Positions 1 through 9,828 of a stretch of 64,000 nt of DNA are shown here, piece after piece. The translations under genes and the position numbers were made by a program. Source of the DNA: a virus. How positions within the stretch are numbered: the first letter of the stretch is position 1; every line of letters begins with the position of its first letter. Below the pieces are notes generated by a model that made no database searches, was not told the DNA's origin, and worked only from the letters and a program-made list of their open reading frames with translations. The DNA is taken from positions 1 to 64,000 of the IMG/VR virus record IMGVR_UViG_3300025646_005060. One strand, given 5' to 3'.

Positions 1-117
1 CCTTGTTCTCCAGTAGCACCAGTTGGACCTTGAATTCCTTGTTCTCCAGTAGCACCAGTTGGACCTTGAATTCCTTGTTCTCCAGTAGCACCAGTTGGAC
101 CTTGAATTCCTTGTTCG
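1..117. repeat. 36-nt tandem repeat (~3.2 copies) encoding [12 protein letters not shown] collagen units
   Basis: ccttgttctccagtagcaccagttggaccttgaatt repeated head-to-tail with no spacers. Confidence 0.95.
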
Positions 118-572
118 CCTGTAGCTCCTGTAGCACCAGTTGGTCCTGTTGGTCCAATATCACCTTGTATTCCCTTTGGTCCTTGTAATCCAGGATCTCC
201 CTGTGGACCTTGAATACCTTGTTCACCAGTGGGACCAGTTGGACCCGTTGGACCGATAGGACCAGTTGGACCCGTTGGACCTGTTGGACCATCATTTGGT
301 GGAAGGAAAAAATTAGTATTATCCTCTGCTATCCATTTACCAGCAGAATTTCTGAATACTAAAATTCTACCGTCAAGATAATCAAATTCTGGATCCAAAG
401 AGACATCTAAAAGCTCATATAAATTTGAAGCACCAGTTGGTCCTGTCGGTCCTGTTGGTCCAGTAACTCCTTGAATACCTTGTGATCCAGGGAGTGCGAC
501 ACCAGGTGCTGTGGCAACAATCGTTGTTGCCATTCCCTGTTGTGTCACTGTTATTGTAGTTTCATTCGCCAT
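1..572 (-). CDS. Collagen-like fibre protein (3' end runs off the window)
   Basis: Not in the ORF track. ATG at 572 overlaps the TGA of the upstream gene (TGATG). Manual translation gives [17 protein letters not shown]...[12 protein letters not shown]...[12 protein letters not shown] repeats, with no stop before position 1. Confidence 0.9.
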   Translation of the reverse strand, partial: MANETTITVTQQGMATTIVATAPGVALPGSQGIQGVTGPTGPTGPTGASNLYELLDVSLDPEFDYLDGRILVFRNSAGKWIAEDNTNFFLPPNDGPTGPTGPTGPIGPTGPTGPTGEQGIQGPQGDPGLQGPKGIQGDIGPTGPTGATGATGEQGIQGPTGATGEQGIQGPTGATGEQGIQGPTGATGEQ

Positions 573-1798
573 CAATAAATTCCCCCATCAATTGGTATAT
601 CGCTGAAAGGTTTATTGATCCATTCGACTCCACTATAATAAAGAATATCAGCAGCAGTGACTCCAGAAAGAGTAACATCTGTAAGATCGCCTAATGCAGC
701 TGCACCTCCCCCACCGCCACCTCCACCACCAACAAGACGACAAAATCCAGATTGAAGGATTTTCGCATCACTTGTGCTGCTGAGATCTGCTGCTCCTCCG
801 CGAACAATAAGATGTCCAAGAAAGACTGCATTCAGGGCAGTGATTGGTGCTTCCGTAAAGATTTCATCCTGAACCCCAGCCAATGCATCGGAATATGAAT
901 TATAGATAACTCTTCCGTAGTATGTCATTATGACATCAGGAAGATTTGGAAACATATACATTCGTTGAATTGTATATTGATTGTTGTTTACTGTGGCAAG
1001 AGTTCCCGTGCCATCATCATATTTGGAAGGATCAACAACGCTGTAAAACGAAAGACTGTTAGTATCGTATATCCAATCCCCAGATCCATCACGATATATT
1101 CTTGCGAAGCTTGTAGAAATCTTTTCCGCAATATCAACATCATCAGGTTCAAACTGATCTGTTGGATAATGTCCACCTATGACAAGAGCATCACCAGCAG
1201 AACGATTGAGGGAGAGATTTGTTCCGTTTGGACTGACGATCAATCCAGACTTCTTGATTGGTCCTAATGTATCGTATAGTTCATAAACCTTGTGTGGAAT
1301 TTGATATGGAGTGAATTGCTTATTAGTGACAAGAGCGATTGTTGCCTGATCTATATGACTGATCGTTCCGATAATTATCTTATCGTTGTAATCCTCATGG
1401 GTGAACTCTGCTGTTTGTTGTATCAAATCTCCGTTGGTGTCGATGTAGACTCTTGTAAAATCGCTTGTTCCAAGATCCGTGATGGCAACATTATTGTAAG
1501 CATCCCATGTGACATATGTTGTATCAGCAGTAATGCCATTTATAGATGCACTATAATCTACAATTTGACCTATACCAGCAGAGACACTAAATGTAGTTCC
1601 ACCGACTGTGGCACTTAGAATACCCCCATAAAGGATGCCACTAAAGCTTTGCGGGGTATATTTGACATCACCAGTTAGACCATTCCAAGAAGAAACCGAT
1701 GAACCAATATATCGTTTCCATGCATAACCAGTCCACCTCCAAGTGGACTGGTCTATTGTATGCGTATCGGATAAAGAAGGTGATCTCGGGAATGCCAT
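572..1798 (-). CDS. Putative virion fibre/structural protein
   Basis: N-terminal FPxSP...TWxWxGxxW module typical of T4-like fibre proteins; C-terminal poly-Gly, LGDLTDV and DGG motifs; late promoter upstream. Confidence 0.7.
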   Translation of the reverse strand: MAFPRSPSLSDTHTIDQSTWRWTGYAWKRYIGSSVSSWNGLTGDVKYTPQSFSGILYGGILSATVGGTTFSVSAGIGQIVDYSASINGITADTTYVTWDAYNNVAITDLGTSDFTRVYIDTNGDLIQQTAEFTHEDYNDKIIIGTISHIDQATIALVTNKQFTPYQIPHKVYELYDTLGPIKKSGLIVSPNGTNLSLNRSAGDALVIGGHYPTDQFEPDDVDIAEKISTSFARIYRDGSGDWIYDTNSLSFYSVVDPSKYDDGTGTLATVNNNQYTIQRMYMFPNLPDVIMTYYGRVIYNSYSDALAGVQDEIFTEAPITALNAVFLGHLIVRGGAADLSSTSDAKILQSGFCRLVGGGGGGGGGAAALGDLTDVTLSGVTAADILYYSGVEWINKPFSDIPIDGGIY

Positions 1799-1805
1799 GC
1801 AATAT

Positions 1806-1813
1806 TATTTATA
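1806..1813 (-). promoter_or_regulatory. T4-type late promoter TATAAATA
   Basis: Exact TATAAATA on the minus strand in the short intergenic gap upstream of 572..1798. Confidence 0.75.
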
Positions 1814-3046
1814 TTACTTGGCCTTCACCTTTTTCTTCTGCTTGCGAGTATTGACCTTTTTTGGTGCTTCTTGGGGAAGATTTGTCTTTGGTTGTGATTC
1901 CATGAACTTCTTTCGTTCCTCTCCAATCTGTTGAAGTATTTTGGTATATTGATTGAAATTATTGATCACTCGTTCCATATGTTCCTGTGGAATGCGATTT
2001 TCCTCTAGTAATTTCTTACATGCCAGATACCCGATTTCTGGTTTTCCTGCGGCATGTGCTGTAGCACCCACTTCGTCCAGTGCTGCGAACTTGTAGATAA
2101 AGTCTGGAACGAATAGAATCTCACCAGGAGGGAATGGAATTTCTGCTGCCTGACGAGCAAAGACAAATGCTGCTGCTGGTTTATTTTCAAGTTGTCTCAG
2201 AATTTGAGCAATATGAACAAGTGGTTCTGCGCGAATTGGACGATAATTGTATGCATCAAGGAACGCAGTAATAATTTCTCCCACTGGGTGTGCAAGAGTT
2301 GCTTTGCATACGGCAATGCGATACTTGGAATAATAGACTTCTTCTGCCCATCCTCCCATGTCCACTCTCTTCTGATATGCTTCAATTGCCTTATCGTATT
2401 GCTGAGAATCAAAGTACGACTGTGCCAAGTAGAATTGGTAACGAGTATTCTCTGGTTCGTCCTTGAGTGCTTCTACGAGAACTTCGGCATCTCGGGTATA
2501 CTTTTCAATCGCAGTGATTCCAACATTACGAGCACCAAGTGTTCTTGCGTTGATTGTGTAGTTAGGAACTTCAATCTTTACAAGTTTTGGTTTCTCTACA
2601 CCAGAGCAATGTGGGTATTCGTGAAGTACACCCTTATATTCCCAACCAACTCCAGTCTTAAATACTTGTGTTCTCCACCATGAGAATTCTGGTCTTCCCA
2701 TTCTGACGACATACCCATCGGCATCCATCTCTGGTGGGAATTGAATTGCTCCCTCCACAACGTCGTCTGCGTCAATCATCCACGCATATTGTGCCTTTCC
2801 ATCGCAATGACGCAGTGCAAGTGTTCGGTTGTGTCCGAAATTCTTCCACTCGTCTTGGTGAAGTTCTCCTGGAATTCCTTTTTCCTTGAAGAAGTTCTGG
2901 ATGATTTCCTGCGTTCCATCAGTGGAACCCGTATCGGAAATAACCCAGTAGTCAATATACTTGTGAATAGAGTTGAGACATTGTTCAATGATATGCGATT
3001 CATTTTTAACGATCATGCACAGGGCAATCTTTGGTTTACCATCCAT
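1814..3046 (-). CDS. Glycosyltransferase family 2 with TPR repeats (protein glycosyltransferase type)
   Basis: LCMIVKNE, DTGSTDGT, IDADD (DxD) and GVLHE motifs, followed by TPR-like helices (FYLAQSYFD...AIEAY). Confidence 0.9.
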   Translation of the reverse strand: MDGKPKIALCMIVKNESHIIEQCLNSIHKYIDYWVISDTGSTDGTQEIIQNFFKEKGIPGELHQDEWKNFGHNRTLALRHCDGKAQYAWMIDADDVVEGAIQFPPEMDADGYVVRMGRPEFSWWRTQVFKTGVGWEYKGVLHEYPHCSGVEKPKLVKIEVPNYTINARTLGARNVGITAIEKYTRDAEVLVEALKDEPENTRYQFYLAQSYFDSQQYDKAIEAYQKRVDMGGWAEEVYYSKYRIAVCKATLAHPVGEIITAFLDAYNYRPIRAEPLVHIAQILRQLENKPAAAFVFARQAAEIPFPPGEILFVPDFIYKFAALDEVGATAHAAGKPEIGYLACKKLLEENRIPQEHMERVINNFNQYTKILQQIGEERKKFMESQPKTNLPQEAPKKVNTRKQKKKVKAK

Positions 3047-3224
3047 AAAAAGGTTCTCTCTTTGTTAATTTAAATTTCACTTTTCCACATTGTGATATAT
3101 CTTTTATAAATCTATTTTTAATATGCGATATATCCTTTTTATTTATACACAATGATGAATGGACTTCACCATTCAAATATACAGTTATCCATATTTGTTC
3201 ACCAAATTTTAATTGAGTTTTCAC
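3036..3224 (-). CDS. Small hypothetical protein
   Basis: 62 aa; GTG start overlaps the upstream stop (GTGA); fills the gap in the operon. Confidence 0.55.
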   Translation of the reverse strand: MKTQLKFGEQIWITVYLNGEVHSSLCINKKDISHIKNRFIKDISQCGKVKFKLTKREPFYGW

Positions 3225-3829
3225 AATCTTGCCTTTGCAAAGATGATATTTGTATGATTATGAAAATGAGTATAATAACCGATAGAAGAAAAATGTTCTT
3301 GTAATCGTTGTTGTTGATTGTCATGTTCAATGCAAATAACTTTAGTATTGAGTTTATTGTAATCCAATAATGTAGAAAAATTAGCAGATTGTCCTTCAAC
3401 ATCTATATTCACAAAATCGATATTTGATGGAAGTAATTGATAAAGAATATTTTTATCAATTACTGGAGCAAATATTTTTTTAAATTTACATCCAGATCCA
3501 TTCTTCCATTTTTCAATATGGTTTGCATCTGTAGATGATATCCCATCACCAATGCTGTCATAAAATAAAGTAACACCAGATTTATCTCCAAACAAAGAAT
3601 CAATTAAAGTTATTTTATCATTATCTTTATATTCATCAATAAATCTAGACATAGCAGAAGGTGATCCTTCCACATAACATCCAGACCAATTTCTTTCAAC
3701 TAAAAAACGAGTATTTGAAAAAATAGTAGGATGATATGCACCTATCTCTAAAAAATATCCATCATCACCAAGAATATCTTTTAATATTTTATCTTCTTCA
3801 TATTGACTATAGGATACAAATTCAGACAT
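3221..3829 (-). CDS. FkbM-family SAM methyltransferase
   Basis: YSQxxED, FLEIGA, SNT, IDFVNIDVEG and ICIEH motifs. Confidence 0.85.
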   Translation of the reverse strand: MSEFVSYSQYEEDKILKDILGDDGYFLEIGAYHPTIFSNTRFLVERNWSGCYVEGSPSAMSRFIDEYKDNDKITLIDSLFGDKSGVTLFYDSIGDGISSTDANHIEKWKNGSGCKFKKIFAPVIDKNILYQLLPSNIDFVNIDVEGQSANFSTLLDYNKLNTKVICIEHDNQQQRLQEHFSSIGYYTHFHNHTNIIFAKARL

Positions 3830-4832
3830 TAAATCTATCCCTCATGTCTAGATCCGCAGTGCTCAGTGATGGTAGACCATTTAATTGAACATCAATCCAC
3901 TCATAAGTCTTCTCAATGCCAACACGAAGAGATTGAGTAGGTTCCCATCCGACTTTCTCAGTATAAAGTTTATTATCAGAATTTCTTCCTCTAACCCCAA
4001 CAGGTCCAGAAATATTATTCACCGAAAGATTCTTACCAGATACATCAATGACCATCTGAGCAAGATCGTTGATCTTGATCATTTCCTCTGAACCGATATT
4101 TACTGGTCCTGTAAAATCAGATTCCATCAAGCGACAAGTTGCCTCTACACATTCATCAATATAAAGGAAGGAACGAGTCTGTTGTCCATCTCCCCAGACA
4201 TCAATGCCAGTACCATTTTCTGCTTGTGCAACTTTACGACAGAGTGCAGCAGGAGCTTTCTCCTTACCACCCTGCCATGTGCCTTCTGGACCAAAGATAT
4301 TATGATAACGAGCAACACGAACATTTAACCCATGATTGCGCGCATATGCGAGGTAAAGTCTTTCACTGAAAAGTTTCTCCCACCCATATTCACTGTCTGG
4401 TGCTGCTGGATAAGCGGAGTCTTCCGAACACTTTGGATTTTCTGGATCTTCTTGGTTGTATGCTGGATACATACATGCCGAAGATGAGTAGAAAACTTTT
4501 CCTACTTTAGTTTTGTGACATCGTTCCACAACATTCAAATTAATGAGTGCAGAATTGTGCATGATGTCAGCATCGTGCTCTCCAGTAAAGATATACCCAG
4601 CACCACCCATATCTGCTGCTAATTGATATACTTCGTCAAATTGAATATTGAAAGCTTTATCACAAACTTGCTGTGATCTTAAATCTCCAATAATAAAATC
4701 ATCTGCTGGAGACTTTGAAAAATCTGGGTATTTGAGATCAACTACTCTTACCCAATGACCTTCTCTCTTGAATCGCTTTACAAGATGAGAACCAATAAAT
4801 CCACCACCACCAAGTACAAGTATCTTTTTCAT
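3822..4832 (-). CDS. GDP-mannose 3,5-epimerase-like NAD-dependent epimerase
   Basis: GGGGFIG Rossmann motif, LAADMGG, SSAC, YGWEK and GGKEKAPAALCRK match the GME subfamily of extended SDRs. Confidence 0.88.
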   Translation of the reverse strand: MKKILVLGGGGFIGSHLVKRFKREGHWVRVVDLKYPDFSKSPADDFIIGDLRSQQVCDKAFNIQFDEVYQLAADMGGAGYIFTGEHDADIMHNSALINLNVVERCHKTKVGKVFYSSSACMYPAYNQEDPENPKCSEDSAYPAAPDSEYGWEKLFSERLYLAYARNHGLNVRVARYHNIFGPEGTWQGGKEKAPAALCRKVAQAENGTGIDVWGDGQQTRSFLYIDECVEATCRLMESDFTGPVNIGSEEMIKINDLAQMVIDVSGKNLSVNNISGPVGVRGRNSDNKLYTEKVGWEPTQSLRVGIEKTYEWIDVQLNGLPSLSTADLDMRDRFNV

Positions 4833-4844
4833 ATTAAATATCCT

Positions 4845-5477
4845 TTATTTTTTAGTAAATACTTTAAACAATGTTTTGTTCTCTATAAACCTTTGATTGA
4901 AAGGTTCGTGTGGTTGTAAAACATTGTAATCAATATCATGATCAAAAATTTCATGACCAAAATCATGCGCCATCATCATATCACCACTCTTAAGTAAAGA
5001 AGAATACATATAAACTTCTTTAGCTTTATTTCCCCCATCACATATAATTAAAGTTTTATATTTTTTAATATTCTCAGAAATGACATTATAAGAAAATTCT
5101 GAGAATATATCAGACTCAAATGATTTACAAAATGGACAGATTGATTCCATTTTTTCAAACCAATGCCCAGCACCTTCATGTTCTCTATTATTCCAATCTG
5201 ATTTAGTAATATCAAATGTATGAAATATAAATTGCTCAGTCACGCATGCAATCGTGCCAAGGTATATAGACAATCCACCCTTCTGAGATCCTATTTCCAC
5301 CACATATTCTGGTTTTTCATGTGCAATGTAATTTTCTAGCAATTTAAATGCAGCAAAATTTTGAGAAGCTCCACCCCCCAAAATTCTAGTATTTACTTGC
5401 CGCATAGACTCACAATCTATAGAAACATCAAAACTATGCCTCGGTATAGAAATACCATGTTTTTCATTAAATTTCAT
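4845..5477 (-). CDS. Class I SAM-dependent methyltransferase (CmcI/Methyltransf_24-like)
   Basis: VVEIGSQKGG motif I, CDGG, LKSGD..AHD. Confidence 0.7.
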   Translation of the reverse strand: MKFNEKHGISIPRHSFDVSIDCESMRQVNTRILGGGASQNFAAFKLLENYIAHEKPEYVVEIGSQKGGLSIYLGTIACVTEQFIFHTFDITKSDWNNREHEGAGHWFEKMESICPFCKSFESDIFSEFSYNVISENIKKYKTLIICDGGNKAKEVYMYSSLLKSGDMMMAHDFGHEIFDHDIDYNVLQPHEPFNQRFIENKTLFKVFTKK

Positions 5478-6196
5478 TATAATCCTCTGTTGATAAAAAT
5501 ATGTTGCTTTTCCTCATAATCACTTTCAAATGTCAAAACATTATTGTGTATCGATATCAATGACATATATTTTAACTCATCAAACCATTGATATGATATA
5601 TTCTTATAATGTAATTGTTCTGCCAAACAACACTCTGGAATCATAGTTCGTATGTAACTATTTAGACCGAGATATACTGATGAATATTCTTTCATTGAAT
5701 TATAGTCACCAATAGCAAAATTATCAGCAACAAAAGGTAAATTATAACCTTCTAAAATAAAATTATTTCTAGGCGCATATGTGTTTTTGTTCCATCCATT
5801 TAATCTAATATGCACATTATTAGGTATTATTTTTGGTAAAACAAATTTATTTATATAAAGAGAATCAAATCTACTTCTAATAATTATATCATAATCGTCA
5901 GGGACAAGAGAAAAACTCTTGTATATACTATAATACATTGGGACAATGTTTGCTTTTTTTGTGCATTTCAAAAAATTCCAATCAGAATTGAAATTTTCTA
6001 TTTCATATTTTTTTGCTAACCTAGAATATAATTTTTCATTATTTTTATTTTCAATAAATCTATCAGTTAATGAATCTGATTTCCATGTGTGGATAAACAC
6101 ATCCGCATTTAGTGGTTTTATGACATTTTCTACTAAAAATGATGAAGTTTCGTCAAAGCACCTATCTATACCAGATAAACATATAGCAATTTTCAT
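5477..6196 (-). CDS. Putative glycosyltransferase (WavE-related)
   Basis: KIAICLSG, DVFIHTW, MYYSI, YDIIIRSRFD, DNFAIG and PE motifs seen in polysaccharide-locus proteins. Confidence 0.55.
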   Translation of the reverse strand: MKIAICLSGIDRCFDETSSFLVENVIKPLNADVFIHTWKSDSLTDRFIENKNNEKLYSRLAKKYEIENFNSDWNFLKCTKKANIVPMYYSIYKSFSLVPDDYDIIIRSRFDSLYINKFVLPKIIPNNVHIRLNGWNKNTYAPRNNFILEGYNLPFVADNFAIGDYNSMKEYSSVYLGLNSYIRTMIPECCLAEQLHYKNISYQWFDELKYMSLISIHNNVLTFESDYEEKQHIFINRGL

Positions 6197-6627
6197 AAAC
6201 TATTCCTCCATAATAAAGGATGATCGGTACAGACACCCCATACATTGGGAATCTTACTAGGCTTTCCCAACTCAACAGTCACACCCAAACTGCTATAGTT
6301 TCCAGGATACATCCAAGGAGTACCATTGCTAGTCAAGGTCATCTTGTCAGTCTGATGCCAGAAGCAGTTTACATCTCCCCACAATAGAAGTTTTTCCATT
6401 GCTTCTGTATTTTTCACATGACACCAAAGGGAAGTTCGACTTGTTATCCAACTACGATCTACAAGATAGGTTGGTGCATCGTGACCAAGGAAGAACTCTC
6501 CATCAACAAACCACACATCCACCTCGACATCAAATCCCCTTGCGATTGCCTCCTCGATATAGAGAGGATTGTTTTCGCAATCAGGCATTCTGCCATCTAG
6601 GTTTCCGCGATGCGAGATGATCTTCAT
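6193..6627 (-). CDS. Glycerophosphodiester phosphodiesterase-like (PLC-like) protein
   Basis: ISHRGN, EN, DVEVDVW, LGHD, HVKN and CTD motifs. Confidence 0.75.
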   Translation of the reverse strand: MKIISHRGNLDGRMPDCENNPLYIEEAIARGFDVEVDVWFVDGEFFLGHDAPTYLVDRSWITSRTSLWCHVKNTEAMEKLLLWGDVNCFWHQTDKMTLTSNGTPWMYPGNYSSLGVTVELGKPSKIPNVWGVCTDHPLLWRNSL

Positions 6628-7343
6628 CTTCCCTTCCTATTCATGTAGGCATTCAGATCCTCGGGTGTGCCGATTCCGTGCATCTTGTCTACGAAGAACG
6701 GAATCAGAGTTCCACCCCAACCGATCAACTCATTGTAGACAGGGGCAATGTAGAACTCGTTGTTCACGCGGATGTTCTTATCGATCATCTGCTCCGCAGC
6801 CTTGACGAAATCCGATCCTTTGCGATACCAATAGATTCCACAGGTGGCGATATCGGAGATTGGATTCTTTTCCGCAACCTTCGTGATGACACCTCGCGAG
6901 TTGGTCTTGACGAATGACCACTTAGGATGCACCGCATGGAAGCAGAACACCAAGGCATCTACGCTGGAGAAGTTCTTGATGTATTGGAAGTTCTCTGGGC
7001 TATATTCTATGATCTGATCTGAGTTGGCAATCAGAAGATCGTCATCATTGTTGATATGATACTTCGCAAGTAGTGCCGTGCATGCAGCACCTTCAGTAAG
7101 ACCATCGACCTCCACAATCTTGTACTTGCCATTCGTGATGCGGTCTAGTGTGGATTCCAGACCTGCATATTTGTCGATATGCTCCTTGCGAACAAGAAAG
7201 ATGTATGTCGCATCGAAGTCGAGGTTCTCAACAACCCGCTGAATCATGGGCTTGCCTTCGACATCAATCAGAGGCTTTGGGAAGGTATACCCTTCCTTCG
7301 CAAACCTGCTACCCTCTCCCGCCATCGGAATCAAAATCTGCAT
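6624..7343 (-). CDS. Sugar-phosphate nucleotidyltransferase (IPMAG subfamily)
   Basis: IPMAGEGSRF...PKPLI, TEGAACT, NSDQ, AEK, EFYIAP and GTPEDL. Confidence 0.85.
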   Translation of the reverse strand: MQILIPMAGEGSRFAKEGYTFPKPLIDVEGKPMIQRVVENLDFDATYIFLVRKEHIDKYAGLESTLDRITNGKYKIVEVDGLTEGAACTALLAKYHINNDDDLLIANSDQIIEYSPENFQYIKNFSSVDALVFCFHAVHPKWSFVKTNSRGVITKVAEKNPISDIATCGIYWYRKGSDFVKAAEQMIDKNIRVNNEFYIAPVYNELIGWGGTLIPFFVDKMHGIGTPEDLNAYMNRKGR

Positions 7344-7954
7344 CGTTCACTCTCCACAAAGTTGATGTAGTTCTTTAGTGTAACCTTGGTTGTATCCGTC
7401 ACAACCCATATGTGTCCTGCAATACTGCCTACTGCCGCCTCTATTCCCTTGGGTGAATCCTCCACACAGACACATGCAGTTGGCTCGACTCCAAGAGTAG
7501 TTATAGCATGGTTGTAGCAGTCGGGATAGGGCTTGTTCCTCGCGACCATCTCATTGCTGACGAGCAAGTCGATGTACGGCATCTGTCCCGTTGCCGTGAG
7601 CATCTCTCTTGCAGTCTCTTCAATTGAGTTCGTCACGCATGCTATCTTGATGCCCTTGGATTTCAGGTACTCATGAAGTTCAATCTTCTCATGCATGATG
7701 TTAGCAGATGATTGTATGATGTCAAGAGTATGCTTCTGCTTGCTTGCATTTATGGAAGTGGCAACATCATCAGGGACTCCAAGCATCTGCAACTTGACTC
7801 GCGTGGGCAAACCGTTGTAGGTGGATAGGTGCGACTCTCTGTCGATGACAGGGTAGCCTGCACCGACTAGAGCAGCATTCAATGCCTCGTAGTGCCAATC
7901 ACATGCATCCACAAGAACACCATCAAGATCAAATAATACACATTTAATCTTCAT
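7331..7954 (-). CDS. HAD-superfamily phosphatase
   Basis: FDLDGVLVD, VTNS, KPYPD and EDSPKG; start trimmed to the ATG at 7954, next to the upstream stop. Confidence 0.88.
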   Translation of the reverse strand: MKIKCVLFDLDGVLVDACDWHYEALNAALVGAGYPVIDRESHLSTYNGLPTRVKLQMLGVPDDVATSINASKQKHTLDIIQSSANIMHEKIELHEYLKSKGIKIACVTNSIEETAREMLTATGQMPYIDLLVSNEMVARNKPYPDCYNHAITTLGVEPTACVCVEDSPKGIEAAVGSIAGHIWVVTDTTKVTLKNYINFVESERCRF

Positions 7955-8738
7955 ATGGTCCATATAAATCTTCATAATAATATTCACCTTCACTCGGATA
8001 CCAATTATATGGATACGAATTCCAATTATATTTTGTCCAGACCAAATCGATCTTGGGAATTACTTTAAACACTTTGTCTCTTACTTTTTCTGAAAAAATT
8101 CTTGCATCAGGTTTAATTGAGTTATCTACCAAATATTCTTTAAAATTTTGCAGATATAAATCGACTTCTTCATATATTTGCCTAAAATACATTGCTCCAA
8201 GATAAATATTAGGCCTCATGTATTGTTTAAAATCATTTGATTCTATTTTCATTTTTTCTGGTTTCAATGGAATGTCAAAAAGTCGATAAATATCATCCCT
8301 ATATCCCCAGAAAAGATGGTCTTGTGGATGAAAAGGATGTCGATTATTCATCCCTATTACAAAAATATTACCTTTTCTTTTAATTCCATCAGAATATACC
8401 AACTCAGTGTCATTGATATTTTTATTAACAAAATTAAAAAGCATATTCATGCTATTAATATTAATTGTTTGATCTGAGCGAACTTTAACAACCATTTCAC
8501 TGGTTGTTGCTTTTATTCCTTCAAAAGAGGATACAATCTGTAAATTCATATTTCCCAAATCACTAGAATCTGGTTTTTTTGATTTAATAATAAATATTTT
8601 TGAATTATCAATTGATTCGACATCATCTGTATCCCATGTTGAAATTATTACCTTATTGACAAATGGCAACGTCGAATAATATTTTGCTGTTGATGTTGTG
8701 GTATTCCACATACCACCTTGTATTACAATATCAAGCAT
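7944..8738 (-). CDS. WavE-family lipopolysaccharide synthesis protein
   Basis: DIVIQG, IISTW, NMNLQIVSSFEG, KVRSD and PFHPQDHLFWG. Confidence 0.75.
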   Translation of the reverse strand: MLDIVIQGGMWNTTTSTAKYYSTLPFVNKVIISTWDTDDVESIDNSKIFIIKSKKPDSSDLGNMNLQIVSSFEGIKATTSEMVVKVRSDQTININSMNMLFNFVNKNINDTELVYSDGIKRKGNIFVIGMNNRHPFHPQDHLFWGYRDDIYRLFDIPLKPEKMKIESNDFKQYMRPNIYLGAMYFRQIYEEVDLYLQNFKEYLVDNSIKPDARIFSEKVRDKVFKVIPKIDLVWTKYNWNSYPYNWYPSEGEYYYEDLYGPYED

Positions 8739-9102
8739 ATGATTTTTCTTCCCTTATAGTCGAATTGCTTAATTTATTAATTTTGTTCTTAATACTGAAT
8801 CTAATATCGTTGGATATATAAACAGAACGAGCAAGTTCAATGAATTCATAATCAAATTCCATTTTAGATTCCTTTATTCTTATTTTATCCTCAATGTCCC
8901 ACAATTTTTCATTTATTTCTTTTAATTTTTTTATTTCAGATTCAAATATATTTAAATAATCATTCTCATTTAAAGAAAAAAATAATGTATTCTTTTCTTT
9001 TATTATATTTGCTAACTTATTATCATCTTTTATCCTTTCAGATTTAATAACAAGTATAGTATATTTATCAATTACTTCTCCAACAGATGCTTCTATAATC
9101 AT
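8731..9102 (-). CDS. DUF6165-like protein
   Basis: SVGEVIDKYTIL, NEKLWDIED, FIELARSVY and EEKSY; ATGA overlap supports a start at 9102. Confidence 0.75.
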   Translation of the reverse strand: MIIEASVGEVIDKYTILVIKSERIKDDNKLANIIKEKNTLFFSLNENDYLNIFESEIKKLKEINEKLWDIEDKIRIKESKMEFDYEFIELARSVYISNDIRFSIKNKINKLSNSTIREEKSYA

Positions 9103-9824
9103 GAAATATATTTCCAATCTTTTTTATAAATTTTATTGATGTAATTAAAGTTTGAATATTGCGGTGAACCATCAATGACTCTCCCATATACAAATAATTT
9201 ATTAGTTGTATTTAAACATTCAATCAAATAACACAGAGATGTTTCCACTGTATGAATTTCCTCTGCATTTTCCAAAATCCAACTTAAGTCAAAAAAATTA
9301 AACTGGTGTAAATGCTCTTCCGTTTGTTCAATGATTCTCCAATTCGTTTCTACAGTAATATTTCTTTGATATATCTTGGGGGGAGATGCAAATAATGAAT
9401 TAACAAATACAAATTTTTCATTATCATTTAAACCAAGTTTTTCTTTACATGCTTTTTCTCTATCTGCAAATCTCTTAAAATTAATATAATTTTGCCAATT
9501 GTTAAAATCAGAATTTACTAATTTATATTTTGCCTCCATAAAATCAAAATGACGCCCAGGAATTTTTGCAACATCAAATGGAATATACATATAATCTTTA
9601 TTAGATATTAAATTATCTGATTTGTACAATTCTTGTATCTCACATGACAAATCATTCATAGAAACATAATTAATATTATCTGATGAATTATAATCTTTAA
9701 GATATTGATAATGCTCAATGACTGGCCAGATCACTTGATAATCTTTTTCAACAAATTTATTTACTGCTTTTTGTAAAAAAAGAATATCACCAATTCCTGC
9801 GGGTTGTCGAATATAAACAATCAT
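9099..9824 (-). CDS. Putative GT-B/GT9-like glycosyltransferase
   Basis: GIGDILF near the N-terminus and AEEIHTVETS near the C-terminus; start trimmed to 9824. Confidence 0.5.
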   Translation of the reverse strand: MIVYIRQPAGIGDILFLQKAVNKFVEKDYQVIWPVIEHYQYLKDYNSSDNINYVSMNDLSCEIQELYKSDNLISNKDYMYIPFDVAKIPGRHFDFMEAKYKLVNSDFNNWQNYINFKRFADREKACKEKLGLNDNEKFVFVNSLFASPPKIYQRNITVETNWRIIEQTEEHLHQFNFFDLSWILENAEEIHTVETSLCYLIECLNTTNKLFVYGRVIDGSPQYSNFNYINKIYKKDWKYIS

Positions 9825-9828
9825 TTTA

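Noticed and set aside
1-188. 36-nt repeats as a CRISPR array, and the plus-strand ORF 3..188
   Set aside because: The repeats are contiguous with no spacers and encode collagen on the minus strand; the plus ORF is its shadow
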